The position numbers and the translations under genes were made by a program. From contig CP075494.1 in assembly GCA_021613535.1 (NCBI GenBank), positions 12,834,001-12,898,000 of the forward strand: 64,000 nt of DNA, given 5' to 3'. The notes under the pieces are model-generated. The model saw only the letters and a program-made list of their open reading frames with translations. It was not told the DNA's origin and did no database searches. The DNA is from Adineta vaga. Lineage: Eukaryota > Animalia > Rotifera. Of this stretch, positions 1 through 13,500 are shown one piece after another. Numbering within the stretch: position 1 is the first letter of the stretch; every line of letters starts with the position of its first letter.

Positions 1-53
1 ATTTCAGCAATGATAATAAAGATTCTACTTGTTTTTGTTCTTTTGATTTGTAG

Positions 54-181
54 AATGGATATATCATATACTTATAACAAAAGCATCAAATTTTGCAAAT
101 AAGAGAATGATTAAATACAAATCTCGTTGTGGTTTATCAGTTGTTCTAACTGAACAACAATTTAAATGTTGTTGTTATTGA
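54..181 (+). CDS. Probable last exon of a gene entering from the left edge (…WIYHILITKASNFANKRMIKYKSRCGLSVVLTEQQFKCCCY*)
   Basis: Pyrimidine tract plus TAG acceptor ending at 53, open frame to TGA at 179-181, AATAAA at ~334. The product is unidentified. Confidence 0.4.
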
Positions 182-580
182 CATTTACTGATGTGTAGAT
201 CTTGTATTGTTTGTAGATACATAGAAATCTGTTGTAAATTCTCCGTTCATTAATCATCTCATTTAATTACGAATCAGTTATGGATCTAGAATATATATGC
301 ATGTGTATTTTCAATATTTCATAAATAATTTTTAATAAATTATGGAATTTATTGAATAATGATATAATTTTTTGTAAAAATCCATCCTTTTAATAGATAA
401 GGTCTAAATCTTAATGCTTCGCGCGTATTTGTACTCAACTGTTCACACCTGTTAGAAATCTTTAATAATATTCTTTTTTCTCAATACTTCCATATCATTA
501 ATGAAATACGAAAACTTTTTTTTCGTTAATATGATCGGTTGTTCTTATAGAAAATGAATATCGCAGTAAGTACAAGAATA

Positions 581-2640
581 TTATTCCATTGTTACATAAA
601 TATTGTCAACAGTAGAATTTACTTCTTTGAATACAAGAATAAGTTGCAATTCAACAGTATTCACCGGGCATGGAAAAGATGCAACGATTGTTGATGATTC
701 TATTACTCGACTATTATTCATTGTTGAATCTATAATAAAAATAAATAAATATAACTTTTGTCTATATGATTATTTCACTTACGTTCTTGACCAGTCTCCT
801 CATTATTTGAATTGAAAAAGTGTATATTCAGATAAACAGGTGGATCCAATAGATTGAAAAGTCCATCTGATGTTTTCCCTTGCATTTCGATATAAACTTT
901 ACTTCGTCCCTGTTCAATCAATCGTTCATAATGACGTATATCAACTCGTTGTTGCAATGTTGCATTGCGTTGTCTTCCTTCAAATAAACAATTTGCACTC
1001 GAGGCAACTTCCACTGTGAAAACATCTCCACTATTGATCCAAAAAGGTGTTGTTCTATTCGTTCCTACACATTGTGCATCACTGTTATTGACTAAATTTT
1101 TATTTCTTCCACGTGATCCATCAGGTAAGATTGTATTAGCAATGGATAAAGCTACGTCAAGTTGTCCTTGACTAATACCTGTACCAATTAGTTTTGCATC
1201 AGTAAAATCAACATTTTGAACATTAGCATTTTCAAAATTTGTTCCAGCTAAGAATGCATTTCGAAACGATGAACTGCTCAAATCTGCCCATAAAAATACA
1301 CAATTTGATAGATAACTATTTGAAAAATCTGTTTGAATTGCTTTAACGCTATAGAAATTTGCTGATCGAGCTGAAATATTATTCATTTGAGCTCGAGACA
1401 GATCAGCGGATGAAAAATCAGTCGTTGATAATTCCGAACGTGAAAAACTCGCTTCGATCGCAACAGAGTATTGAAATCTTGTTGATCCAAAGTCTGAGTT
1501 CGTCAATTGTGCGTGAGTTAAATTCGCATTTTCAAATAGAGCATTTTGCATTTTAACGTTCATAAAATTGCTTTCGGTAGCACTTGCATAACGAAAATTT
1601 GTCATAGTTAATGTTGCACGCGAGAAATCTGCGTGAGTAACATCTGATTGATGAAATGAAGCACCGAGCAAATTACTCGAACTAAAATTTGATTTTCTCA
1701 ATAAAATTTGTTGAAATGAAGCATTTATTAACGTTGTTGATGGTAATATAAGTTGATTATAATCAAGTCGAATACCACCTAGAGAAAAAAGAAGAAGATT
1801 TGAACATAAAATTTAAAATAGTTCTTTAAATTTACTTTGAGTAGAATCACTAGTAACATCATCAAGATCGAGTTCTTTCAAAAGGACACCTTGTAAATCT
1901 AACGGTGGATTATCCGAACGTTCGCCATGTATATATTTCATTTTATATAAGAAACTAATTAATGATGATTTATGTTGAGGATCTAGACGAGAAATTAGTG
2001 AATCAATTTTCAATCGAAGGATTGAATCATTTATTGATTGTTTTGCTTGAGCAACTTCTTCAATAAAAGTAGATAATAGATTTGAATTTTCTCGACTAAG
2101 ATCTTCTTTTCGATGTTCTGCAGAAATTCGTCGATCTTCTAATAAGATTTGAATACGACGTTCTTCAATTTGTAAATGTTGTCGTAATTGTTCCATAGCT
2201 AATGATAAATCTTGTTGACGTTGTTCACGTTGAATTAAACGATCTTCAAGACGATGTTTTTCAACGAAATCTTCTTGACGTGTTATACGTTTATTTTCGT
2301 CTCCAGATCGTTCTTCATGTATTACACGAGTCAAATTCTCGGTATATTCACGTTGTAATCGTGCTATATTTTCATTTGATTCACGTTGTAATTGAGCGAT
2401 CTTTTCATTCGATGCACGTAAATCAACTGTTGTTGTCGCTGTCGTTGTCGATGAACGTGGAACAACGGCAAGAACGATAAGAATTGCAGCAAGTAATAAA
2501 GCAATGAAGAAGCTAAGAAGAACTTTCAAAATATCCAATGTACGAGATGATTTGGATATCGGAGCAGACGATGGTGGTGGAGTAGCCATAGTCCATTGAA
2601 CAGCAGAAGGATCAATAAATGGTGGAGAAGATACAGACAT
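581..2640 (-). CDS. Membrane-anchored pentapeptide-repeat protein (N-terminal TM, coiled coil, pentapeptide repeats, C-terminal beta domain); 3 exons
   Basis: Exons 2640-1836, 1778-783 and 729-581 join in frame across GT-AG introns 1779-1835 and 730-782. Contains about 40 A(D/N)(F/L)xx-type repeats and the hydrophobic segment ILKVLLSFFIALLLAAILIVLAVV. Confidence 0.85.
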
Positions 2641-3534
2641 AATTCGATTAGAAATAATTTGATGTGATTAGCTTTCTTTCACTCTAGATTTTTCATCTGT
2701 TTTTATGTCAATATTTCTCAAGCTTTATATTTCAATATGAAAACAAAGCTATTATATTTCTTAAAATCCTGTGACAAATTTTGTTTGAAAACTTAACTTC
2801 TCTATTCATGACAATGGTTCTGAAATTCAGTAATTAGATATTCAACCTGAAAATAAATATTGAATGTTGTTTCAAAGGATAAAGTTCGAAATCTTGATTT
2901 TAATCAGTATTAAATCGCAGTATATATCAACAGATTCTTTTTTCTAGGTCTACTTATGTTTAAAGTACGATAACCAGTTTCACAATCTATCGCAGACAGT
3001 TCATACGATACATCAAGTTTTCATGAAAAACAAGAATATACATGTTAGACTACAATCAATATAGGTTCGAATTATATATGAAAGGGTATTTTAATACTTA
3101 ATTGAAATACAATATAAATGGTTAGGCATATGAAATGCTTCGATATTTTTATGAGCATAACCGTCAAGGTCTAATTTGTTCTTTGGTCACATTTTCTTTG
3201 TATAATGTTAATTATCATGTGACGTGACTTTTTACGCGAAAAAAAAAGCATGATTGATTTTCATTGGAAGAAAATCTCGTGTTCAGACGATGATTTTCAA
3301 TTGTAAACTTTTCTTTTTAATCAAATCATATTTCAAAATTAGTCAGTTTTTTTTCGAGAAGTGATTGAAGGGCATGTCATAGGCAAACGTTTCGACATTG
3401 CCTATCAAGACATAGTTAACAATTGTTCAAGAGAGCAGTTTATAATGATTGTCTTTTTGAATAAAAGTGTTCTTTTATCTTGATTCTTTTTCTCAGATAT
3501 TCGAAACCTTTGAATTTCATTGTATGTTGTACGT

Positions 3535-3561
3535 CTTTCTTCTTCTTCTTCTTCTTCTTCT
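3535..3561. repeat. (TCT)n microsatellite
   Basis: Directly visible trinucleotide run. Confidence 0.85.
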
Positions 3562-4041
3562 TGTTTCAACGACATTCAAATGCTTCGGACTACTAGTCAT
3601 CATTGTAATGAGCATTCTTTCGTTGATCTGTTTGGAGACAGATTAAGAAAAAAATGTTTGTTTCTTTCTTCGATCTATATTTATTTAATAAACTCGTCTG
3701 TCCTATCGCTTGTTTCATTGATACTACTTTGTTTTGAAAGAAATAAGATATTGCATCATCGATGGATTAAAAGAAGGTCAGATGTTGTTGAGGCGGAGCT
3801 GTTTATGATCGTATGTGAGATATTCATAGAACAATATCGTTTTCGCTTCTCTTTTTCTACCGTAATGTTTAAATTGTTCTGTACACGGTAAGTGTAGAGG
3901 TTACGCTCTTTGAATGAAGAATAACAGAACAAAATCAAGGATAGAATCTATTCTCTTTTTTTCTCTTTGCTCTTGTAGTAATCATATGGGTGATTTTATA
4001 GTATATAGACTATGTCTAGTTGATTATAATGATTGACAAAA

Positions 4042-4066
4042 AGAGAGAGAGAGAGAGAGAGAGAGA
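4042..4066. repeat. (GA)n microsatellite
   Basis: Directly visible dinucleotide run. Confidence 0.9.
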
Positions 4067-4418
4067 ATAGAATAAGTTATGTAGTCTTTTCAATACTTTG
4101 AAAAAGAAGGATATTGATGAACTGTTCATTTCTTTTTTTTCTCTCAAGGGAAATTTCATAGAAAAAGAATTGAGTTTTTTATGTAAATAAAATTATCAAT
4201 TCACGGTATAAGTTCAATTCCTTTTTTTTTCTCTTCTTCTGATTTACATAAAATCTCTAGTTTTGTATTATTTATTCTATTATTGCAAATACACCTTGAA
4301 CGATAAGATCTTTTTCTTTCTTTATACGATTGAACTGATGAAAAATCTGTCAGTTTTATAATGAAGTTCTCTTTCTTTTGTATTCGAAATGAAAACACAT
4401 TTGAGTCTTTTTTAGAAT

Positions 4419-5931
4419 ATGCAGTTAGCTGTAGCACTCTATAACAATGATGTCGATGATGAAGATGAACTTGAATTCCGTAAAGGTGATATATTAACTG
4501 TACTAATTGAAAATCCTAATGGATTTGATGGTTGGTGGTTATGTAAACATAAGAATAAATATGGTTTATGTCCTGAAAACCGCTTGAAATTAGTTCAAAA
4601 TTCAACATCTTCATCTACAGAACCGAATGATTTCGTACAATATTATTCTCGTTTATCAACTCTATCCGTAAGTTTAAAGTTCATTCAGTAAAATATAGAA
4701 ATACATCAATATTCAATATGTTATCAGATGTACGATAGTTTATATAATCAACAGGCAAGCGATGCATCATCAAATCATGATTATGATAATCAAGAAAAAT
4801 CAGGTTAGTTGTTCTGTAAAAAGTAAAGCTTTAATACTGAGGATTACTTTATAGATTTTATATCCGATATGAAATCATTTGATTCTTCACCTGAAACTTC
4901 ATCACGATCATCCGGTATTTATTCCGCAAATGATCCTCATTTTTCATCCTCATCATCAATTGATTTTTATACAACAACCACTTCCAATGAAACTCTATCT
5001 TTGTGTAAGTTCTTTTATGAATGAAATTAACAAGAAAAAAAGACGATTTGTCTCTCTAGTCGATCTTACTCAATTACAAACTTCCTTTAAACAACTCTCA
5101 ATTCGTTCGTTATTACTCGATAAATATCGTCAACTAATTTCTAAAACAAATACGGAATCTATGATCAATTCTTTCATCACTGAATGTTATTTATTTCTTC
5201 AAAATTACGGTTGTCTATTAGATCGTCATACCTATCGTTCAATTAAAGAAACATTTCTCTATGAAATTGAACATAAGAAAAAACGCGTTATTCAATCATC
5301 AACAAAAATCATTCAATTGATCAAATTAACTATCGAATTACGATTAAATGAAAGAACACAACCATCTTCATCGATATCCAATGATGTGTTTAAAAAACTT
5401 CATCTTGAGCCGATTGAAGAAATGACAACATCGTTATTAACAACACAATTCTATCGAAATCATGGGAATAAAACTTCTCAAACTTTAAGTTCAGATTTTT
5501 TAACACCTGCCTCTTCCTATAAAAGTATCAATCAAGATGATCAATCTTCTACATCGAATCCATTAATAAAATGTTATTATCGACATATAAATGAGCAAAT
5601 TGATTCGATTCTTAAACGTTATTCACACTTATTAGAAAATGAACAAAGCACTTCATTAGTTGTTCGTGAAGGTAAAGGACTTGTCGTTGCAGGTCATAAA
5701 CTTATATTTGTACTTGAAACACTTCATGAACATATACAACAAATACAAACACCATTAATTTCTTTAACCACAAAATTATGTCAATCATTAACAAATTCCA
5801 TTCAATTACTTAAACAAATCAGTCAACATAATTGTACAAATCTTTCGAAACTTCTTATTCGATTTAAACAAGATATACAAATGATTATCGATATAGTCAA
5901 AAAAATACAACAAAATTGTACCTTATCATAA
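4419..5931 (+). CDS. Cas-family (BCAR1/p130Cas/NEDD9-like) adaptor; 4 coding exons
   Basis: N-terminal SH3 (ALYNNDVDDEDELEFRKGDIL…GWWLC…GLCPENRL) and C-terminal Cas FAT-like motif (GKGLVVAGHKLIFVLETL). Introns 4668-4727, 4804-4854 and ~5005-5059. Confidence 0.8.
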
Positions 5932-6207
5932 AAGACTCATTATAATTATTTCTAGTCAAGTGTGAACACAAAAGAAAAAACGAACATAGAAACAAAAATT
6001 CTCAAGTTGATTGTCATCTGATTTGTTTATATGTCATATAGTTATGGTTTCAATGATTTCTCTTTTATTCTTCTCTCTTTGTGCCTTGTGGTGTTTTCTT
6101 ACGTTTAAAAAATGTTTTGTGCTTGTTTAGTAAACAGAAAAGAAAAGAAATGAGAGAGAAAAACTGCTTTGGTTACTAACCATTATCGAGTTTTTTGAGT
6201 TGTGCAT

Positions 6208-7346
6208 ATGCAGTCGTCGAATGAAAAACTTCGAAGTTTGATGATACAATTGCATAATCGAACTGATGCAGCAAAATTAGCGTTTGATGAAGCCGTTGAA
6301 GAACTTGAACGACAACGATCTGAAAATGATCGACGATATCAAACGAAACGAGATCAATTAAGAGAAGAACGACGATTATGGGATGAAGAAAGAGCAGCAT
6401 TGGAAAAATTAGTTTCATCAGCAAGTTCAATTGTAAATTTAAATGTTGGAGGAGAAAAGATAAGTACAACAAGACATACATTAACTCAACCCGAAGGATC
6501 TCTATTAGCTGCGATGTTTTCAGGAAAATTAGATCATAAATTAACAAAAGATTCAACTGGATGCATATTTCTTGATTATGATCCAGCTGTAAGTATAGTT
6601 ATTGTTTCATTTTCAAATGAAATACTTGTTTTCTTTAGTTATTTAAATGTCTTTTAAATCAACTTCGTACATGGTCAGATCCAGGAGTAAAACGTGTGAT
6701 TCGTCCACCTGCTGGACATGAACAAGCATTTTTTGATTTACTTTACTTATTAAAAATTGATGAACGATTTATTGATCGTGATCGAAGTGCTATTACTGGT
6801 AGTACGACTATTCCTTCTCCGACTCCCTGGCAGCCAGACGCACCACGGTCACGTCAATCAGACAAAGAACCACTTCGCTTTTGGACACTTGAAAATTCAG
6901 AAGTACAATTGAGTGAAAATGATCGACGTTGCGAAAACTTTAGCCGAGGACTTTATCAATGTATATTCGGTTCGCAAACTTATTCGAAAGGTACATATCG
7001 TGTTCGGTTAAGATTAGAAGAAGGTACGGCAAACGTCTTAATGGGTATTTGTTCGTACAGTAAAACGCTTGCAGGTCCAGTTCATTATAATACACCTTCA
7101 GCCCATGGATGGTTTGTTCATGGATATATCGTTATTAATGGCCGAGAACCTCAACCTGGTTGGCCACAAGTGAATGTAAATGATATTTTAGAATTAAAAA
7201 TTAATTGTGATGAACAAATGTTAAGTATTTATAATGAACGAAGTGGAGCAAAAAGCAGTATGGAAGTTAGTCTGTATGAAGCACCACTTCCATGGTGTCT
7301 TCTTATTCTTTTCAATCTGGAACATAGTCGAGTGTCTATTGTCTGA
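6208..7346 (+). CDS. Coiled-coil + KCTD-type BTB (T1) + SPRY-like domain protein
   Basis: IVNLNVGGEKISTTRHTLT…SLLAAMFSG…FLDYDP is the KCTD BTB signature. Intron 6589-6638 joins it in frame to the 6696-7346 ORF (SPRY-like, …DILELKINCDEQMLSI…). The start may lie further upstream. Confidence 0.8.
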
Positions 7347-7476
7347 ATTATGATCATTAATTATATCTTTCATTTTTTTTACAAGAAATAAGAATCTATT
7401 TTTTCAATATATAAAATGTCTAGTCTTTAGTAAGGAATTAGGTATTTCATACAAGAATACATATTTATTTATTTTA

Positions 7477-8505
7477 CTAAAAAGAGCGAATGAAAACAAT
7501 ACATGCAAATAGTCCAAGATAAAAGATATTTGACATGTTGTTCATATGACCACTATTTTCTCCCACAGTTACAACACCATCTGTGCCAACAATCGATTTA
7601 ATCCAATTGTCATATGCAGTTACTCGAGTATATATACCAGCATAATCACTTAACCCACATCCTCGACCGTAGGATGTGATACCAGCTAACATCCATTGTT
7701 GATATACTTCGGAATAGAACATCAATGGACCTCCCGAATCACCTTGACATGTATCTATAAACAAAATCAGTAAATATAATTGTGATAGACTTAGAAATAA
7801 GAAAGAGAACTATTTACCTTTGCCTCCACCATTAACAGCAGCACAAAATTGTAGATTCGTATTTTTAATCGAATTACTACATTTTCGTTCTTGATTTCCA
7901 ACGGCATTAACGGTGACTTGTTGAAGAACATTTGATGCAACACCACCCGTCGTTGTATGTCCCCAACCGATAGCTACAAGTTTTGATTTTGTCCATGGAA
8001 AACTTGTTCCATCGATACCACTCAAAGATGGAAGACAGAGTTTTGCAATATTTTTATTTCCAAATGATATCGATTTTTTCAATTTAAGAATAGCAATATC
8101 ATTTTCTTTAGTGTATGCATTGTATTGTGGATGCATATAAATTTTTGATACAATTATTCGTTGTCCTTCATTATCATAAAGACTATCTGTACCAACGGCT
8201 ACCGTTAATTCTGTACTGGAGAGATAAACACCATCAACACAATGTGCAGCTGTAAGTATATAATGTGAAGAGAGAATTGATCCACCACAAAAATGTCTAG
8301 TAGATTGTCTACGTATTGAAACAGCCCAACCCCAACTATGACTAACAGCTGGTTCACCACCAACTATGCGAGCATTAATATTTACTTTAGATTGTGAACA
8401 ACCACATGGAGCTGTTGTATTGCATGAATACATAGTTCCTTGAACTGTATATTCGGTAAGAAAAATGCATCCAATGAGTAATATGAATTCATATAAACGA
8501 AACAT
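7477..8505 (-). CDS. Trypsin-like (S1A) serine protease, secreted, probably GPI-anchored; 2 exons
   Basis: Signal peptide, R-IVGG activation site, TAAHC, NDIA, DTCQGDSGGP, hydrophobic C-terminus. Intron 7755-7817. Confidence 0.93.
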
Positions 8506-8861
8506 GATGTTGTATGATCTGCTCGAGATATTCGCTACATTTATATACTCGTGAGGATAAGAGTTTATTTCGAAGAAATGTGGACGTCATAAGAATAATA
8601 AATACTGTCACATCGTTTGTTTTGGTTATTCACCTAGTTACACGATATTTATTCTTATCAACAAGACGTCAGCGCTTGAGTGGAGCGTGGTAAAGAAGTA
8701 TTTTTCATAGTCAGATGAAAATATTATACTATCTTTATCTTACATATTCATCGTTTTGAAGAAAAAATACATTTAGTTAAGTTTGGTCAGATCAAACTAA
8801 TTGTTATATATATATATAAAAGAAACAATTTTCAAATTAACAAACAAACCAAACTCATCTT

Positions 8862-9882
8862 TCAATATTTAATTAATAAAATCAAAAATAAAACTGTTGC
8901 TCCCATGAAGAATTTGTTTGGTATCATATTCATCTTTGCATTGTTTACATCAATTGTAATAATAGCATCTTTTTCTGTAATTGATTTAATCCAATCAATA
9001 TACATACTAATTCGAGTATAAACACCAGCATAAAAACTTACTGCACATCCATGACCATACGATGTGATACCAACAATGAGCCATCGTTGATATAATTCGG
9101 AATAGTACATAATCGGTCCCCCAGAATCTCCTTCGCATGTATCTATATCAAAGAAATTCTATTCTATTCTATTTTGATAACTACAAATAATTACCTTTGC
9201 CACCTCCGGAAACAGCTGCACAAAATTGTAAAGTAATATTGTTAATTGAATTACGACATTTTGTTTCTTGATGATCGATAGCTTGAAGTGTAACTTGTCG
9301 GAGAACATTCGATAAATTACCATTCATTGTGGTATATCCCCAACCAATAGCTACGAGCAATGAATTTATTCGAGGAAATTCAGTTAATATTGATGTACTC
9401 ATTGATGGAAGACATATTTTAGCAATACTCTGATTGCGAAAAACAATCGGTGTTTTCAATTTTAAGATAGCAATATCATTTTCATTCGTTTTTGATGTCC
9501 AATGGGGATGAAGGAATATTTCGTCAACTGCAATTCTTTGTCCATCATTATCAGTCAATGTATCGGTACCTACAGCAACTTTTAAATCATAATTCACAAT
9601 ATCAGGATCATCAACACAATGTGCTGCAGTAAGAATATACATTGGAGAAAGAATTGTTCCACCACAAAAATGTATTTCAGTCAAAACACGTAAGGAAACA
9701 GCCCAACCCCAACTGCGATTAATGGCTGGTTCTCCACCAACAATACGTGAATTAATAAGAGCATTGTATTGTGAACAACCACATGATGTCGAAGCATTGC
9801 AAGCGAATTCTGTAGATTCTACTAAATGTTGATTCCACAATAAACAGATCAGAAGAATGAAAAGTCTCACTTGTATAATCAT
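8862..9882 (-). CDS. Trypsin-like (S1A) serine protease, tandem paralogue; 2 exons
   Basis: R-IVGG, TAAHC, NDIA, DTCEGDSGGP, hydrophobic tail. Intron 9143-9194 is at the same GGK|D position as in the neighbour. Confidence 0.93.
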
Positions 9883-10578
9883 AATATATTCTTGTTTTGA
9901 ATTTTGATAACGATAATTCCACGAATATCTTATGTTTTGTTATTTCTTATCATGATACTGATGTTTTGTCGATATATACCGTTATCTCGATGCAAACAAA
10001 CTTATTCTAACAAAATACTATACAAATTCGAAAGTTAAGTTTATTCATGTATGAAATGATTTTCATCTATTGTAAATTATCAGATAGATCAATTATCAAC
10101 AAGACAGATTTAAAAGAGTTCATTATTGTATTAACAATTTGTTGCGAATGAAAGAATTCTTACAATTTATACATTTGATATCTATATCGCAAGTGTCATA
10201 GATGTTTTGAACATTCTCATCTTCAGGGAAAGACACAAGATCTACGAATTGTGAGCACGTTGTGTTCAAAATACCAATAGAATGGGAAAAGATCGTCGTA
10301 TCATACATCATACAGTCAGTAATGACCAATAGTGCCCTCTACCATGTCCATTAATGTGTACAACTGATTGTATATATTTGAACGTTAAAAAATAAATGAA
10401 TATAAATAAGTCAATCGATAGTTACGTTTTATTCAACAAGACATTCAATTTTATCTGAAAATCGAAATATAGTGACAGCTGTGTGTAATCTGATTGGCTG
10501 GTATATGTGGCAATATGAATTCGATGCATCAATATTCGATATTACTCACGTCATTTGTTCGCCTTTATTCTTCAAAAA

Positions 10579-13500
10579 ATGACTTCTACGACACTGTTTC
10601 GTCCTGAACAACGAGTTTCTATTCCTGGTAAAGGTTTAGGCACAATTGCCTTTATTGGAAAGACTGAATTTGCTGATGGTAATTGAGAGATTTCATTCGA
10701 ATTTATATTCTATTGTTTTCGTTCAGGTGAATGGATTGGTGTAATACTTGATGAACCAAAAGGAAAAAATAATGGCACTGTACAAAAAAAAGGTATTATT
10801 TATTTTTCTATTTTACATGCATCATTTCTATACTTTCAGACGGAACAATTGTACGATATTTTACATGTAATGATAACTATGGTCTTTATGTTCGAGCTGG
10901 ACAAATCGAATCTATACTTAATGATTTACAGCCAGACTTAGCTCGATCAGCGTCAAATCATTCAATTAAATCACAAAGTAGTAGTACAGGAAGTATTCCA
11001 CCACTTACAAATTCTACAACACAAAAAACCAGTGGTCTACCAACGAAACACATTGGACTTCGAGCACCAACACCTAGTACAGCGACTAAATTACCAGGTA
11101 ATCTTCGAACGAATACTATTTTTAAATATTTTATTGACGATGAAAGAAAACGAATAAATATTCTATTTTTTTTCTTATTCTTGAAATTAGAATTTAGTGA
11201 TAATACAGATGAAGCAGGTACTTATTGCTTTTTATTCGTGGTTAAGGTGTCATAAATATAAAAATCTATAGTAACGTTCATTTTGTAGTACTTCGTGGTG
11301 ATGGTTTACTTTCGAATTGTTATTGATCAGTTTCTGAGCATATTTTTACTTTTTAAGGTCTCACTCGATCAGGTCAATCGACTTCAGATATTCCAGCTGC
11401 AACAGACCGCATATCACCACCGAAAGAAGATGCCAAACAAAAAGCCTCAACGATGATGGTAGATAAACTGTTTAAAAGCCTGAATTCTATACATTTTAAT
11501 GAAATAAAAACTATTTTATAGCCTCCACCACCAACGCCAGCTCCAGTTGTAGTTGAACCAACGAATATTCCTCGAAAATCAATATCAACAACAGCAGAAT
11601 CATCCGATTCTCAACAAACAATTTTAAGTCTAAAGAGTAAAATAACGGATCAAGAAGACCAAATTCAAACCTTAATAAAAAAACGTCGTGATGATCTTGA
11701 AAAACTAAAAGAATATGAACGTACTAAACTTCAACTTGATCAAGTACTTCATAAATAAAAGAAAACATTCTTCATCATACTATTTCTTCTTGTTTTTAGC
11801 TACAAACTTATAAGCGTGAAGCACAAGAACGTATGAAAGAGTTAAATGATAAATTACAACAACAAGAAAATGAATCGAAAGATATACGAGAAAAATTCGC
11901 AGCATATCGTGATGAAATGGCCGATACAGAAGTACGAATTGAATCGTTAGCATTAGATCTTGAAATGGCTGAAGAGAAAGTATGTCAATTTTTCGTGTGT
12001 TTGTAATTCGAAACAAATCTACATTGATCTTTCTTTTCCTAGCTTGAAACGATTACATTAGAAAATACAACATTAAAAGAAAAATTTGAAGAAGCACAAT
12101 TAGAATTAGATGTAATTAAAGGTGAGATACAATTAAATGGTCCAAATCAAGTTGCTAGTGGAATTCAACAGAAAATTGATGATGAACGAACAGTTAAAAT
12201 GGAACAAGCTTTAATCAAGTAGATTTTCTTCTCTATTGAATTTGTTTAAGTTATTGATTATCTTTATTTAGATTACGTGATTTATCATTAACAAAACAAG
12301 CTGAAAATGATACATTGAAAAAACAATGTGAAACATTAGAACATAAAGTAAAAGTATTAACAAAAGAAAATGAAAATGCAAAAGCTGATATTATCAATAT
12401 GCAAGCAACAATTGCTGATCTTAAAGAACAGGTTCAGTGTTCTACTAGATGGAATACTATTTGAATTACATTTTATCTATCTATTTAGGTCGATACTTGT
12501 CTGGGTGCTCAACAAATGGTGGATATATTAACAAATAAAAATCTCACACTTGAAGATCAAGTACGAGAATTACAAGAAGCAAATGATAATTTGGTAAAAT
12601 ATTTCATATCTTAATCAATAATGTTTTTTTTTGTCTTCTTCATTTCATCAGGAATCACTTTGTGAAATGGACAAAGGTAAAGAAATGATTCTATTTTGTT
12701 TTTAAACTCTTTCTTGTAAACTAGAAATGGAAGAAAATGCCAAAGAAGTTGAACATGAACTTCGTGAAACGATTGATCTATTACAAAATCAAATTCGCGA
12801 AGTTTGTTCTCCATTTTTATCTTCACACTTTCACTTTCAAACATGTCTTTTAGAAAGAACGACAAGCTGAACAATTACAATACACTATTGGTGATCATGA
12901 ACGAACAATTCTAAAATTTCGTGAAACAGTGAAAACTATGCAAGTATGTTGATCTATCAACTCTTTCTTTTTCTTTTTGTTGAACTAAACGAATTCTATT
13001 TTTCATAGTTTCAAAATGATCAAAGTAGAAAACAAATGGAAAAATACGATGAACAATTAAAACTTGCCGGTTCAGTACAATCAAGTGAATTTAAAGCGAA
13101 AATTGTCGAAGCAAAAACTTACAGTGAAATCATTGAAAGTGAATTACATAAACTTGAAGCAAATAATTTAGCTAAACATGTTCATCTTTTAACATTATTT
13201 TTACCTGAACAATTTCTTAAACGTGGTGCTGATCATGATTGTATTCTTGTTCTTTTACTTGTTCATCGTTTAATATCGAAATGTGATTTATTAACAACAG
13301 AAATACAGAAGAAATTTGAAAGAATTGATCAATTAAATTTTGATGATGTAGTCAAATCACATCGAGCAGAACAATGGAGTTTTGCTTGTAAATTATCTCA
13401 ATCATTGGCAATATTCCGAATGATTCTTAGAAAATATGTCAAGTAAGTTCAATTGTCATGAATGTACATATGTTAAACGATTATCTAATGATCTGATAAT

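Noticed and set aside
3520-3938. 123-aa and 60-aa ORFs upstream of the Cas-like gene
   Set aside because: They include a TCT microsatellite, and the donor at ~3888 is out of frame with the SH3 exon; probably 5' UTR.
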